Shown one piece after another: positions 17,429 to 26,256 of a stretch of 32,000 nt of DNA. Under the pieces are notes generated by a model that did no database searches, had not been told where the DNA came from, and was given only the letters and a program-made list of their open reading frames with translations. The stretch covers positions 2,760,001 to 2,792,000 of the forward strand of contig NZ_CP066018.1 in the NCBI RefSeq assembly GCF_016127575.1, given 5' to 3'. The stretch is from Cupriavidus necator. Its GTDB lineage: Bacteria > Pseudomonadota > Gammaproteobacteria > Burkholderiales > Burkholderiaceae. The translations under genes and the position numbers were made by a program. Position 1 is the first letter of the stretch, and each line of letters starts with the position of its first letter.

Positions 17429-20400
17429 TTACTGCTGCGATGCCATCTCCACTTCGCGGCCACCGGTTTCCACCAGGATCATCGGACCGTGGGGCAGTGG
17501 CGGCAGCGCCTTGCGCTCGCGCTGCACGCGCGGAGCGGGCGCAATGCGGGCGGCGGCTTCCTGGGCCGAACGCAGCTTGTCGCTGTCGGTATGGACCCAT
17601 TGAAGGCCGGCGGTGGCCAGCATCGATTCCAGGTTTTCCAGCGCTGCCGGGGTGGCCGGCGCTGCAGCAACGACCGGGGCTGCCGGGGCGAACACTTCGG
17701 CCGGTGCGGCTTCGGCGACAGGGGCGGCGACCGGTGCAGCGGCAGGTGCCGCCACCACCGGAGCCGCTTCGACGGCCACGCTTGCGGTGGTCTCGACGAT
17801 CGCTTCGGCGGCAATGGCTTCCGTGACGGCAACGGCTACCGGCGCAGCTTGCTGGGGCGCGGGCTCGGCAACCGGCGCGGTCACCGGGGCTGCCTCGGCG
17901 ACCGGCGCGGGCGTCACATCTTCCGGCACGGCGATGCGGATCGCTTCGACGGCCTCGGCCGCAGCGGCCACGGCCACGGCAGCTTGCGGTGCGGGCTCGG
18001 CCGGCACGGGGGCTTCAGCACGTACCGGGGCAACGGCTTCAGCAGCGGCGGCCTCTTCGTCGCCTTCGCCCTGGGCAACTTGCACCGACTCGTCGCGCTC
18101 GCGGCGATAGCGGTTGCGGCCACGGCGGTTGCGGCGGCGGCGCTCTTCGCCCTCAGCGGTCTCGGCGGTGCTTTCGGCACCTTCCGGCAACTCGGCGCGG
18201 ACGGCTTGCGTCTCTTCGGTCACGGCCTGCGGCAGCACGCCCAGAGCCTGGGCGGCGGCGACGGCTTCCGGCCGCGGTGCTTCACCGGCTTCGGCTTCGC
18301 GCAGTTCGCTGCGTTCGCGCTGGCGTTCACGCTGGCGCTCGCGGCGTTCCTGGTTGCGGTCGCGGCGGCCTTCCTGACGGCCCTCGACGCGCTCGCCCTG
18401 GGCGCGCTCGGCTTGCACCGCCTCGCCCTGGCGTGCCAGGGCCGGGGTGGCCTGGCCTTCACCTTGCTGGCGCGGCTGGCGGCCCTGGCGTTCGCCACGG
18501 CCCTCGCGTTGCTCGCCGCGCTCGGCACCCTGGCGTTCACCACGTTCCGCGCGCTCGGCACGGTCGCCGCGCTGGCCGCGGCCCTGGCGCTCGCCACGCT
18601 CCGCGCGCTCACCACGCTCGGCGCGGTCGCCACGCTCACCACGCAGGCCACGGCCTTCGCCGCGCTGGCCGCGCTCGCGCCGGCCTTCGGCGCTGCGGGC
18701 CTCAGTGGCAACCGCCGGCTTGGCCGGTTCCACCACCGGCGGGGTTGCCGGACGGGCACCGAACAGGCCCTTCAGCCAGGCGATAAAACCGCCGCTGACC
18801 ACCGGCTGGGTGGCCGGCACGGGCGGGGCGACCGGGGCTTCCGGCTTGGGTGCGCGCTCGGGGCGCGGCACCGACACCGGGGCCGGTTGTTCCGGGGTGA
18901 TGCCCTTGACCGCGGCTTCCTGGCGCGGCTTGGCTTCTTCCTTGCGGCGGCTGCTGTAGCTGGTGTCGGCTTCCAGTTCCTTGGCGGCGGCCTCGGCCAT
19001 GCGGTAGCTGGCGGTGCTTTCTTCCAGGCGCGGGTCGTCGTGGCGCAGGCGCTCCAGCTTGTAATGCGGCGTTTCCAGGTGCTTGTTGGGGATCAGCAGC
19101 ACATTGACCTTGAAGCGCAGCTCGATCAGGTTGATTTCCTGGCGCTTCTCGTTCAGCAGGAAGGCGGCCACTTCCACCGGCACCTGGCAGTGGATGGCGG
19201 CGGTGTTTTCCTTCATCGCCTCTTCCTGGATGATGCGCAGCACCTGCAGGGCGGACGATTCCGTATCGCGGATATGGCCGGTGCCGTTGCAGCGCGGGCA
19301 AGTGATGTGCGAGCCCTCCGACAGCGACGGCCGCAGGCGCTGGCGCGACAGCTCCATCAGGCCGAAGCGGCTGATCTTGCCCATCTGCACGCGCGCGCGG
19401 TCGTGGCGCAGCGCGTCCTTCAGGCGCGTTTCCACGTCCTTCTGGGCCTTGCCCGACTCCATGTCGATGAAGTCGATCACGATCAGGCCGCCCAGGTCGC
19501 GCAGGCGCAGCTGGCGCGCGATCTCGTCGGCGGCCTCGAGGTTGGTGCGCAGCGCGGTTTCCTCGATGTCGGCGCCCTTGGTGGCGCGGGCCGAGTTCAC
19601 GTCCACGGAGACCAGCGCCTCGGTGTGGTCGATCACGATGGCGCCGCCCGAGGGCAGCATCACCATGCGCGAGTAGGCCGACTCGATCTGGTGCTCGATC
19701 TGGAAACGCGAGAAGAGCGGCACGTCGTCCCGGTACTTCTTCACGCGGTTCATGTTGTCAGGCATCACCACGCTCATGAAGGCGCGGGCCTGTTCGTAGA
19801 TCTCGTCGGTGTCGATCAGGATCTCGCCGATATCCGGCTGGAAGTAGTCGCGGATGGCGCGGATGACCAGGCTCGATTCCAGGTAGATCAGCAGCGGGGC
19901 CTTGTTGTCGCCGGCGGCGCCGTCGATGGCCTTCCACAGCTGCAGCAGGTAGTTCAGGTCCCACTGCAGTTCCTCGGCCGAGCGGCCGATGCCGGCAGTC
20001 CGGGCGATGATGCTCATGCCTTCCGGCACGGTCAGCTGCGCCATGGTCTCGCGCAGTTCCTGGCGGTCCTCGCCCTCGATGCGGCGCGACACGCCGCCGC
20101 CGCGCGGGTTGTTGGGCATCAGCACCAGGTAGCGGCCGGCCAGCGAGATGAAGGTGGTCAGGGCCGCGCCCTTGTTGCCGCGTTCTTCCTTCTCGACCTG
20201 GACGATCAGTTCCTGGCCTTCATGCAGGGCATCCTGGATGCGCGCGTTGCGCACGTCGATGCCTTCCTTGAAGAAGGCGCGGGCTACTTCCTTGAACGGC
20301 AGGAAGCCGTGGCGCTCTTCGCCGTAGTTGACGAAGCAGGCTTCCAGCGAGGGTTCGATGCGGGTGATGACACCCTTGTAGATGTTGCCCTTGCGCTGTT

Positions 20401-20503
20401 CGCGCCCGGCAGTCTCGATGTCGATATCGATCAGTTTCTGACCGTCGACGATGGCGACGCGCAATTCCTCCTGTTGCGTCGCGTTGAACAGCATGCGTTT
20501 CAT
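17429..20503 (-). CDS. rne: ribonuclease E
   Basis: 1024 aa. The N-terminal catalytic half has an S1 domain ([22 protein letters not shown]), DNase-I-like acidic residues ([14 protein letters not shown]) and a Zn-link (CPRCNGTG). The C-terminal half is low-complexity scaffold. GAGG lies 7 nt upstream of the ATG. Confidence 0.96.
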   Translation of the reverse strand: MKRMLFNATQQEELRVAIVDGQKLIDIDIETAGREQRKGNIYKGVITRIEPSLEACFVNYGEERHGFLPFKEVARAFFKEGIDVRNARIQDALHEGQELIVQVEKEERGNKGAALTTFISLAGRYLVLMPNNPRGGGVSRRIEGEDRQELRETMAQLTVPEGMSIIARTAGIGRSAEELQWDLNYLLQLWKAIDGAAGDNKAPLLIYLESSLVIRAIRDYFQPDIGEILIDTDEIYEQARAFMSVVMPDNMNRVKKYRDDVPLFSRFQIEHQIESAYSRMVMLPSGGAIVIDHTEALVSVDVNSARATKGADIEETALRTNLEAADEIARQLRLRDLGGLIVIDFIDMESGKAQKDVETRLKDALRHDRARVQMGKISRFGLMELSRQRLRPSLSEGSHITCPRCNGTGHIRDTESSALQVLRIIQEEAMKENTAAIHCQVPVEVAAFLLNEKRQEINLIELRFKVNVLLIPNKHLETPHYKLERLRHDDPRLEESTASYRMAEAAAKELEADTSYSSRRKEEAKPRQEAAVKGITPEQPAPVSVPRPERAPKPEAPVAPPVPATQPVVSGGFIAWLKGLFGARPATPPVVEPAKPAVATEARSAEGRRERGQRGEGRGLRGERGDRAERGERAERGERQGRGQRGDRAERAERGERQGAERGEQREGRGERQGRQPRQQGEGQATPALARQGEAVQAERAQGERVEGRQEGRRDRNQERRERQRERQRERSELREAEAGEAPRPEAVAAAQALGVLPQAVTEETQAVRAELPEGAESTAETAEGEERRRRNRRGRNRYRRERDESVQVAQGEGDEEAAAAEAVAPVRAEAPVPAEPAPQAAVAVAAAAEAVEAIRIAVPEDVTPAPVAEAAPVTAPVAEPAPQQAAPVAVAVTEAIAAEAIVETTASVAVEAAPVVAAPAAAPVAAPVAEAAPAEVFAPAAPVVAAAPATPAALENLESMLATAGLQWVHTDSDKLRSAQEAAARIAPAPRVQRERKALPPLPHGPMILVETGGREVEMASQQ
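17639..18046 (-). repeat. coding low-complexity Ala/Pro/Val/Glu-rich repeats in the RNase E C-terminal scaffold
   Basis: About aa 820-955 contain reiterated AAPVA / APVAE / AAPVV units (for example [13 protein letters not shown]..., [42 protein letters not shown]). Confidence 0.6.
18104..18703 (-). repeat. coding Arg/Glu/Gly-rich imperfect tandem repeats (arginine-rich RNA-binding-type segments) in RNase E
   Basis: About aa 601-800 contain [69 protein letters not shown] and [16 protein letters not shown]. The DNA shows matching degenerate CGCTC/CACG-type periodicity. Confidence 0.65.
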
Positions 20504-21010
20504 CGCAATACCTCACTCCAGTGTCGCGGGTGGCACCGTCTGGGCGGTGTCCGCGGCGATCCATGGAGCACGCGAGGGAGCGAGCGAGGCGCGAGAATTG
20601 CCGGAAAGCGCCGCTGCGCGGGATAGGCGAGCGGCTGGGCGCGGGTGAAAGAGAGCGATGACGTCGGGGTAACGTCCGCGGGGCAGGAGAGAACACCGGA
20701 GGCTGCTCTTGCGCAGACATCCGGCGCGTTCCCGTGCCGGAGGCGATGCTGAACGCCGGCGCAACCGGCGCCGGCGGCATCGCGGCCGGCCGCGGAAGGC
20801 CTAGACGCGTCAAAGAGCAAATTTTTCGGACACGGCATGGTTGCCGTTGCTGCCTGACTACTCCTGGCGGGCGCACCTACTACTTCTTGGAATTCTGCGA
20901 CCGGGCGCCGGTATTTCCAGTCAGGCGGCAGGCTAACCTGCCGGCCGGCACCGTTTCCCGGTGCGGGCAGGACTTCTCTCACCGAAGCGGATGCCGGCAG
21001 TGGCATCCGC
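20504..21010 (-). promoter_or_regulatory. long structured 5' leader of rne (extent and TSS not determined)
   Basis: No credible CDS lies between rne (start 20503) and rluC (start 21297). There are several GC-rich hairpins, for example 20926-20943 (CGGCAGG-CTAA-CCTGCCG) and 20987-21010 (GCGGATGCC-GGCAGT-GGCATCCGC). The E. coli rne gene is known to have a long autoregulatory leader. Confidence 0.4.
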
Positions 21011-21296
21011 CTTTAAATTCTGTTTTACCTGAACACTCAGTTCCCACGTCACCGCCTGCCTCGCCGAAGCCTCCTTTGGGCGACTTCCTGCATGCCGGCG
21101 GCACCGTGCGTGCTGCTTTTTACTGCCATTTGCCCGTCTGGCGCTTGGCGGAACGCAAAGTTGCGGGAGACGGGCGGGGTTGGCGGCAACCCCAAGTGTA
21201 GAATGCGAAAAATCCAGGAAAACTCGAAGATTAATCGCTTACACAGGTCTTGCGCTGCCGGCCACAAGCCGGGACAGCGAGGAAATTATATTGAAA

Positions 21297-22301
21297 ATGA
21301 ATGAGTTACGCCATCAAATTGAAAAGGCTGCCGAAGCTGCGCCGGCCAGCCCACAGGTGGCGTATGTCACGATTGACGAAGGCTCGGAAGGTCAGCGCAT
21401 TGACAACTTCCTGCTGAAGGTGGCCAAGGGCGTGCCCAAGAGCCATATCTACCGGGTGCTGCGTTCGGGGGAAGTTCGCGTCAATAAGGGGCGGATCGAT
21501 GCCACTTATCGTCTGCAGTCGGGTGATGTAGTGCGCATTCCGCCAATGCGGGTGGCGAATTCGGCGCAATCGGACAATGCCCAGCATGTGCCGGCGGGGG
21601 AGTTCCCGGTGCTGTTTGAGGACGCCCAGCTGCTGGTGATCAACAAGCCGGCCGGCGTGGCCGTGCACGGCGGCTCGGGCGTGGCCTTCGGCGTGATCGA
21701 GCAATTGCGCCGGTCGCGGCCCGAGGCCAAGTTCCTGGAGCTGGTGCACCGGCTCGACCGCGAGACCTCCGGCATCCTGGTGCTGGCCAAGAAGCGCTCG
21801 GCGCTGGTCCACCTGCACGAGCAGATTCGCGGCAGCGCGATGGACAAGCGCTATTTCGCCTGCGTGGCCGGCGAATTCCCGAACGCGCGCCAGCACGTGA
21901 AGCTGCCGCTATATAAGTACAGCACGCCGGACGGCGAGCGCCGGGTGCGGGTGCAGGCCGACGGGCTGGCCTCGCACACCGTGTTCAACCGGGTCGAGGC
22001 CTTCCAGGGCTTCACCCTGCTGGAGGCCGAGCTGAAGACCGGCCGTACCCACCAGATCCGCGTCCACCTGGCCCACTCGGGTTTCCCGATCGTCGGCGAC
22101 GAAAAATATGGTGACTTCTCGCTGAACAAGGCACTGGCGCGTTCCGGCGCCAGGCCGGGCCTCAAGCGCATGTTCCTGCATGCCCACCGGCTGGTGTTTA
22201 TCCACCCGGCCACGGGCGAGCCGCTGGCGGTGGAAGCGCCGCTGCCCGACGAGTGCGTCGGATTCCTGCAACAATTGCGTGAACTGCATGCCCCGGAGTA
22301 G
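21297..22301 (+). CDS. rluC: 23S rRNA pseudouridine synthase (RluA family, RluC-like)
   Basis: Has an S4 domain (GQRIDNFLLKVAKGVPKSHIYRVLRSGEVRVNKGR), the catalytic HRLDRETSGILVLAK motif and a GRTHQIRVH motif. Divergent from rne, as in E. coli. The alternative TTG start at 21291 lies 7 nt after GAGGAA. Confidence 0.9.
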   Translation: MNELRHQIEKAAEAAPASPQVAYVTIDEGSEGQRIDNFLLKVAKGVPKSHIYRVLRSGEVRVNKGRIDATYRLQSGDVVRIPPMRVANSAQSDNAQHVPAGEFPVLFEDAQLLVINKPAGVAVHGGSGVAFGVIEQLRRSRPEAKFLELVHRLDRETSGILVLAKKRSALVHLHEQIRGSAMDKRYFACVAGEFPNARQHVKLPLYKYSTPDGERRVRVQADGLASHTVFNRVEAFQGFTLLEAELKTGRTHQIRVHLAHSGFPIVGDEKYGDFSLNKALARSGARPGLKRMFLHAHRLVFIHPATGEPLAVEAPLPDECVGFLQQLRELHAPE

Positions 22302-22331
22302 GGTAGTGCATCAAACGCCACAAGGATTTCC

Positions 22332-22991
22332 ATGGCCAGGCAACAATTTGACCTGATCGTTTTCGACTGGGACGGGACGTTGATGGACTCGACCCCGACC
22401 ATCGCGAAGTGCATCCAGCTTGCCAGCCGCGACCTGGGCCTGCCGGTGCCGGATGACAGCGCCGCCAGCCACGTGATCGGGCTGGGCCTGAAGGATGCGC
22501 TGTCTTACGCGGTGCCGACGCTGGACCCCGTCGACTACCCGCGCCTGGCCGAACGCTACCGCTACCACTTCCTCGCTCGCGACGCCGACCTGGTGCTGTT
22601 CGACGGCGTGCGCGAAATGCTGGAGGCCCTGCGCGGCGAACATTATTTTCTTGGCGTGGCCACCGGCAAGACCCGCGTCGGCCTGCAGCGCGCGCTGGCC
22701 GCGAGCGGTCTGACCCGCCTGTTCGACGCCACGCGCTGTGCCGACGAGACCTTCTCCAAGCCGCACCCGGCCATGCTGCACGAACTGACCCGCGAACTGG
22801 GCCAGGACGTGGAGCGCACGGTGATGGTCGGCGACACCACCCATGACCTGCAGATGGCGGCCAATGCCGGCGCCAAGGGGATTGGTGTGTGCTATGGCGC
22901 ACATCCCGCAGATTCGCTGCGCGCGATGGCGCCGGTGCATTGCGCGACTTCCATCCCCGACCTGACCGACTGGCTGCTGGCCCATGCCTGA
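22332..22991 (+). CDS. HAD-IA family hydrolase (phosphoglycolate-phosphatase-like)
   Basis: 219 aa. HAD motif I is DLIVFDWDGTLMDS, motif II is GVATGK, and motifs III/IV are KPHP...MVGDTTHDLQMA. Confidence 0.88.
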   Translation: MARQQFDLIVFDWDGTLMDSTPTIAKCIQLASRDLGLPVPDDSAASHVIGLGLKDALSYAVPTLDPVDYPRLAERYRYHFLARDADLVLFDGVREMLEALRGEHYFLGVATGKTRVGLQRALAASGLTRLFDATRCADETFSKPHPAMLHELTRELGQDVERTVMVGDTTHDLQMAANAGAKGIGVCYGAHPADSLRAMAPVHCATSIPDLTDWLLAHA

Positions 22992-23382
22992 GGCAGCGGC
23001 CGGCCAGGCGCCGGTGCGGCTGTGTGCCGCCGAGGACCTGGAGGAAGGCGGCCTGGGCGTGCGCTTCTCGGTGGCGCTGGACCAGCGCGAGATCGGCGCC
23101 TTCGTGGTGCGTTTCGACGGCGCCGCGCACGGCTACCTGAACCAGTGCGCCCATGTGCCGATGGAACTGGACTGGCAGGAAGGCCGGTTCTTCGATGCCT
23201 CGGGCCTATACTTGATGTGCGCCACACATGGCGCGGTTTATGCGCCGGACAGCGGCGAGTGCGTCGGCGGTCCCTGCCGCGGCGCATCGCTGGCCAAGCT
23301 GCGCATCGAGGAGCGCGACGGCCAGGTCTACTGGCTACCGGAAGCGCCATACCGGATTGCTGCGCGCATGGGCGGTGCCTGA
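22984..23382 (+). CDS. small Rieske [2Fe-2S] domain protein
   Basis: 132 aa. Has the CAH ... CATHG ligand pairs (C-x-H / C-x-x-H) plus GGPC. Its ATG overlaps the HAD stop (ATGCCTGA, 8-nt overlap). Confidence 0.85.
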   Translation: MPEAAAGQAPVRLCAAEDLEEGGLGVRFSVALDQREIGAFVVRFDGAAHGYLNQCAHVPMELDWQEGRFFDASGLYLMCATHGAVYAPDSGECVGGPCRGASLAKLRIEERDGQVYWLPEAPYRIAARMGGA

Positions 23383-23461
23383 ATGACGGGCAGGGCCGGC
23401 AGTCAGGCCGGCCGTTGTATTTCCAGGCCTGGGGTTCCAGGCGTTTCCACGAGCGATTTGC

Positions 23462-24646
23462 ATGACAGAACAACAGAAGCCGCCATCGGGTGAATCGGGT
23501 CAGCCGGACGAGCACAAGCCAGCCGGCGACGGTGCGCCGGGCGAAGGGGCGCCCCAGGCGGAGTCCGAGCGCCTGGTCACCGCACCGCGCGCCGACTACC
23601 CGCTGGAAGACGAATTGCGAGCCGGCGACGACGCCGCAAGGCGTGAAGCGCGCGAGCGCAAGGCGCGCATGGCTGGAGCCACGGCGGGGCCCCCGGTTGG
23701 CGGCGGCGCCGGCTGGGAGCGCGATCTGCTGGAAAAAGTGCTGACCGCATCGCTGCGCGAGCAGCGCGCGGCACGGCGCTGGCGCATCTTCTTCCGCTTT
23801 GTCGGACTGGCTTTGCTGGCGCTGATCCTGGTCACGCTGTTCGACTTCAAGGGCGATGGCGCCATCAGCACCTCGGGCCGCCATACCGCCATGGTCACGC
23901 TGGAGGGCGAAATCGCCGCTGGCACCCCGGCCAGCGCGGAATCGATCAATGCCTCGTTGCAGGCGGCGTTCGCTGACGGCAATGCCGCCGGCGTGATCCT
24001 GAAGATCAATTCTCCGGGTGGCTCGCCGGTGCAGGCGGGCATCATCAACGACGAGATCCAGCGGCTGCGCACGCTTTATCCGTCCAAGCCGTTCTATGTG
24101 GTGGTGGAAGAGATCTGTGCCTCGGGCGGCTATTACGTGGCCGCGGCGGCCGACAAGATCTATGTCGACAAGGCCAGCATCGTAGGTTCGATCGGCGTGC
24201 TGATGGACGGTTTTGGCTTTACCGGGCTGATGGACAAGCTGGGCGTGGAGCGCCGGCTGTATACCTCGGGCGCCAACAAGGGCATGCTGGACCCGTTCTC
24301 GCCGCAGGTGCCCAAGCAGAAGGCCTTTGCCGAGGCCATGCTCAAGCAGATCCACCAGCAGTTCATCGACGTGGTCAAGGAAGGGCGCGGCGACCGGCTC
24401 AAGGATGATCCGGAACTGTTCTCCGGCCTGTTCTGGTCGGGCGAGCGCGCCGTGGAGCTGGGCCTGGCCGACGGGCTGGGCAGTGCCGACTATGTCGCGC
24501 GCGATGTGCTCAAGGCCGAGGACATCGTCGACTACACCGTCAAGGAGAACATCGCCGAGCGCGTGGCCAAGCGCTTTGGCGCGGCGGTGGGCTCGGCGGC
24601 GATGAAGACCATGCTGTGGAGCAACCGCATGCAGGGCATGCACTGA
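23462..24646 (+). CDS. sppA: S49-family signal peptide peptidase (SppA, 36K type)
   Basis: 394 aa. A charged, probably disordered N-terminus is followed by one TM helix (WRIFFRFVGLALLALILVTLF) and an S49 domain (INSPGGSPVQA..., ASGGYYVAAAADKIYV, GSIGV). Start-codon choice is uncertain because there is no strong SD. Confidence 0.85.
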   Translation: MTEQQKPPSGESGQPDEHKPAGDGAPGEGAPQAESERLVTAPRADYPLEDELRAGDDAARREARERKARMAGATAGPPVGGGAGWERDLLEKVLTASLREQRAARRWRIFFRFVGLALLALILVTLFDFKGDGAISTSGRHTAMVTLEGEIAAGTPASAESINASLQAAFADGNAAGVILKINSPGGSPVQAGIINDEIQRLRTLYPSKPFYVVVEEICASGGYYVAAAADKIYVDKASIVGSIGVLMDGFGFTGLMDKLGVERRLYTSGANKGMLDPFSPQVPKQKAFAEAMLKQIHQQFIDVVKEGRGDRLKDDPELFSGLFWSGERAVELGLADGLGSADYVARDVLKAEDIVDYTVKENIAERVAKRFGAAVGSAAMKTMLWSNRMQGMH

Positions 24647-24667
24647 GCCTGGATGGCGCGGCGGCAA

Positions 24668-24697
24668 TGGCAAAGGGGGCGTTCGCGCCCCCTTTGC
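24668..24697. terminator. hairpin terminator between convergent sppA and the methyltransferase gene
   Basis: GGCAAAGGGGGCG-TTCG-CGCCCCCTTTGCC is a perfect 13-bp stem, followed by GTTTCTT on the + strand. Confidence 0.7.
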
Positions 24698-24703
24698 CGT
24701 TTC

Positions 24704-25435
24704 TTACATGGCCAGCAGCGAGAAGATCGCCGGGCGCTTGTGCAGGTCGATCCGCTCGGGACGCCAGTCCGACAGCGGCAGCGTGACGATGGTCTCGCCC
24801 GGCAGGGTCAGGTCCACGGCCACGGACAGCAGCGTGGTGCCGGCGCAGTGCTGGCGCATGGCTTCCAGCAGCGCCGCATTGCGGTAGGGCGTTTCGATGA
24901 ACACCTGGGTCTGGCTGGACTTGCGCGAGCGCTGTTCCAGCTCACGCAGGCGCTGCGCGCGCTCGCCGGCATCGACCGGCAGATAGCCGTTGAAGGCAAA
25001 GCTCTGGCCGTTCAGGCCCGAGCCCATCACCGCCAGCAGGATCGAGCTGGGCCCGACCAGCGGCCGCACGCGGATGCGGCGCGCATGGGCCAGCCGCACC
25101 AGGTCGGCGCCGGGGTCGGCCACCGCCGGCACGCCGGCCTCGGACAGCAGGCCGCCGTCGCGGCCGGCTTCGAGCGGGGCTAGCAGTGCGGCCAGGGCGT
25201 CGGCGCGCGTGTTGACGTTCAGCTCGCGGATATCGATCTGCTGGATCGGGCGTGCCAGCGGCGTGGTCTCGCCCAGCTTCTTCAGGAAGGCGCGCGCGGT
25301 CTTGGCGTTCTCGGCGACGAGGTAATCGAGGTTGGCCGCGATCTGCTGCACGCCGGCCGGGATCACGTCGGCCAGCGGGTCGGCTTCATCGCGCTTGCCG
25401 AGGGTGTTGGGGATCAGGTAGAGAGTGCCGCTCAT
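24704..25435 (-). CDS. SAM-dependent methyltransferase, tetrapyrrole-methylase superfamily (RsmI paralog-like)
   Basis: 243 aa. LYLIPNTLG..., AENAKTARAFLKKLG, LSEAGVPAVADPGADLVR, PLVGPSSILLAVMGSGLNGQSFAFNGYLP and FIETPYR parallel the RsmI motif order. Confidence 0.82.
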   Translation of the reverse strand: MSGTLYLIPNTLGKRDEADPLADVIPAGVQQIAANLDYLVAENAKTARAFLKKLGETTPLARPIQQIDIRELNVNTRADALAALLAPLEAGRDGGLLSEAGVPAVADPGADLVRLAHARRIRVRPLVGPSSILLAVMGSGLNGQSFAFNGYLPVDAGERAQRLRELEQRSRKSSQTQVFIETPYRNAALLEAMRQHCAGTTLLSVAVDLTLPGETIVTLPLSDWRPERIDLHKRPAIFSLLAM

Positions 25436-25451
25436 CGTGGGCTCGTGCGGA

Positions 25452-26051
25452 TCATGCGGAAAGAAGAGGGTAGCCGGCCTGGCGCAGCATGCCGGTCAGT
25501 GCGATCAGCGGCAGGCCGACCAGTGCGGTCGGGTCGTCCGACTCGACGCGTTCCAGCAGCGCGATGCCCAGGCCTTCGGACTTGGCGCTGCCGGCCACGT
25601 CGTAGGGGCGCTCCAGCTGCAGGTAGGTCTCGATTTCAGCATCGGTCAGGTCGCGCATGGTCACGCGGGTCTGCACGTCGGCCAGCTGCACGGTGCCGGT
25701 GCGTGCGTCCAGCAGGCACAGCGCCGAGTGGAAGGTGGCGGTGCGCCCGCGCATGCGGCGCAGCTGCGCCACGGCCTTCTCGTGCGTGCCGGGCTTGCCC
25801 ATCTGTTCGCCGTCCAGGGTCAGCACCTGGTCCGAGCCGATCACCAGCACGCCCGGATGGCGCGCGGCAATGGCTTCGGCCTTGCGCTGCGACAGGCGCA
25901 GCGCGGTGGCTTCGGGCGCTTCGCCGGCAAGCGGGGTTTCGTCGATGTCGGGCACGGCCACCTCGAACGGGATGCGCAGGCGCTCCAGCAGTTCGCGGCG
26001 GTAGGACGAGCCGGAGCCAAGGATCAGGCTGGGGCGGGGGTCTGTGGACAT
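25452..26051 (-). CDS. Maf-family nucleoside triphosphate pyrophosphatase (YceF-like)
   Basis: Start is the internal ATG at 26051: MSTDPRPSLILGSGSSYRRELLERLRIPFEV...IGSDQV...GKP...AGSAKSEGLGIALLERV...DPTALVGLPL. 199 aa. The ORF-track extension to 26357 would run through the yceD promoter and start region. Confidence 0.9.
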   Translation of the reverse strand: MSTDPRPSLILGSGSSYRRELLERLRIPFEVAVPDIDETPLAGEAPEATALRLSQRKAEAIAARHPGVLVIGSDQVLTLDGEQMGKPGTHEKAVAQLRRMRGRTATFHSALCLLDARTGTVQLADVQTRVTMRDLTDAEIETYLQLERPYDVAGSAKSEGLGIALLERVESDDPTALVGLPLIALTGMLRQAGYPLLSA

Positions 26052-26112
26052 AAGTAATGGAATCGGAACAGGAAGCGAAACAGTAAAAGGTGCGGCCCGC
26101 GTTGCAAGACCT

Positions 26113-26142
26113 TTGACCTCGACGCGGTTTACGTCGTACAAT
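26113..26142 (+). promoter_or_regulatory. candidate sigma70 promoter for yceD-rpmF-(plsX-fab)
   Basis: TTGACC (26113-26118), an 18-nt spacer, then TACAAT (26137-26142), about 115 nt upstream of the yceD ATG. It lies in the divergent region shared with maf. Confidence 0.45.
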
Positions 26143-26256
26143 CGCGCGTTTAGCCGCATCCGCACCCGGGCGCAGTGCCGCCAATGTGCGCGGCCCGTAG
26201 TCCGGCAGGCGTGGAATGTGGCGAACCAGTCATTGTATAGCGACCGGAGCACGCAC

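Noticed and set aside
17639-18703. Tandem-repeat-like DNA that might suggest a CRISPR array or VNTR
   Set aside because: The repeats are degenerate and in frame, and they encode the Arg-rich and Ala/Pro/Val-rich scaffold of RNase E. There is no repeat-spacer architecture.
17405-20626. 1073-aa plus-strand ORF spanning the whole rne locus
   Set aside because: It is an in-register antisense shadow of rne. The translation is Gly/Arg/Ala/Leu/His-rich low complexity with no recognisable domain, while the minus-strand product is an unmistakable RNase E.
20734-21201. 155-aa plus-strand ORF (and 20500-21006 / 21049-21267 minus-strand ORFs) inside the rne-rluC intergenic region
   Set aside because: They have no SD or start context, implausible Arg/Gly/Ala/Pro/Cys-rich translations, and run through hairpin-rich sequence. 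The region is more plausibly non-coding leader.
22892-24673. 593-aa minus-strand ORF opposite Rieske/sppA; likewise 9421-11136 (-), 5022-6428 (+), 12186-13364 (-), 11072-12109 (-) and 27294-28466 (-)
   Set aside because: All are long open frames antisense to recognisable genes, as expected in a high-GC genome. The three I checked arithmetically (22892-24673, 9421-11136 and 5022-6428) are codon-in-register with the sense gene. All translate to Arg/Ala/Gly-rich strings with no domain signatures.
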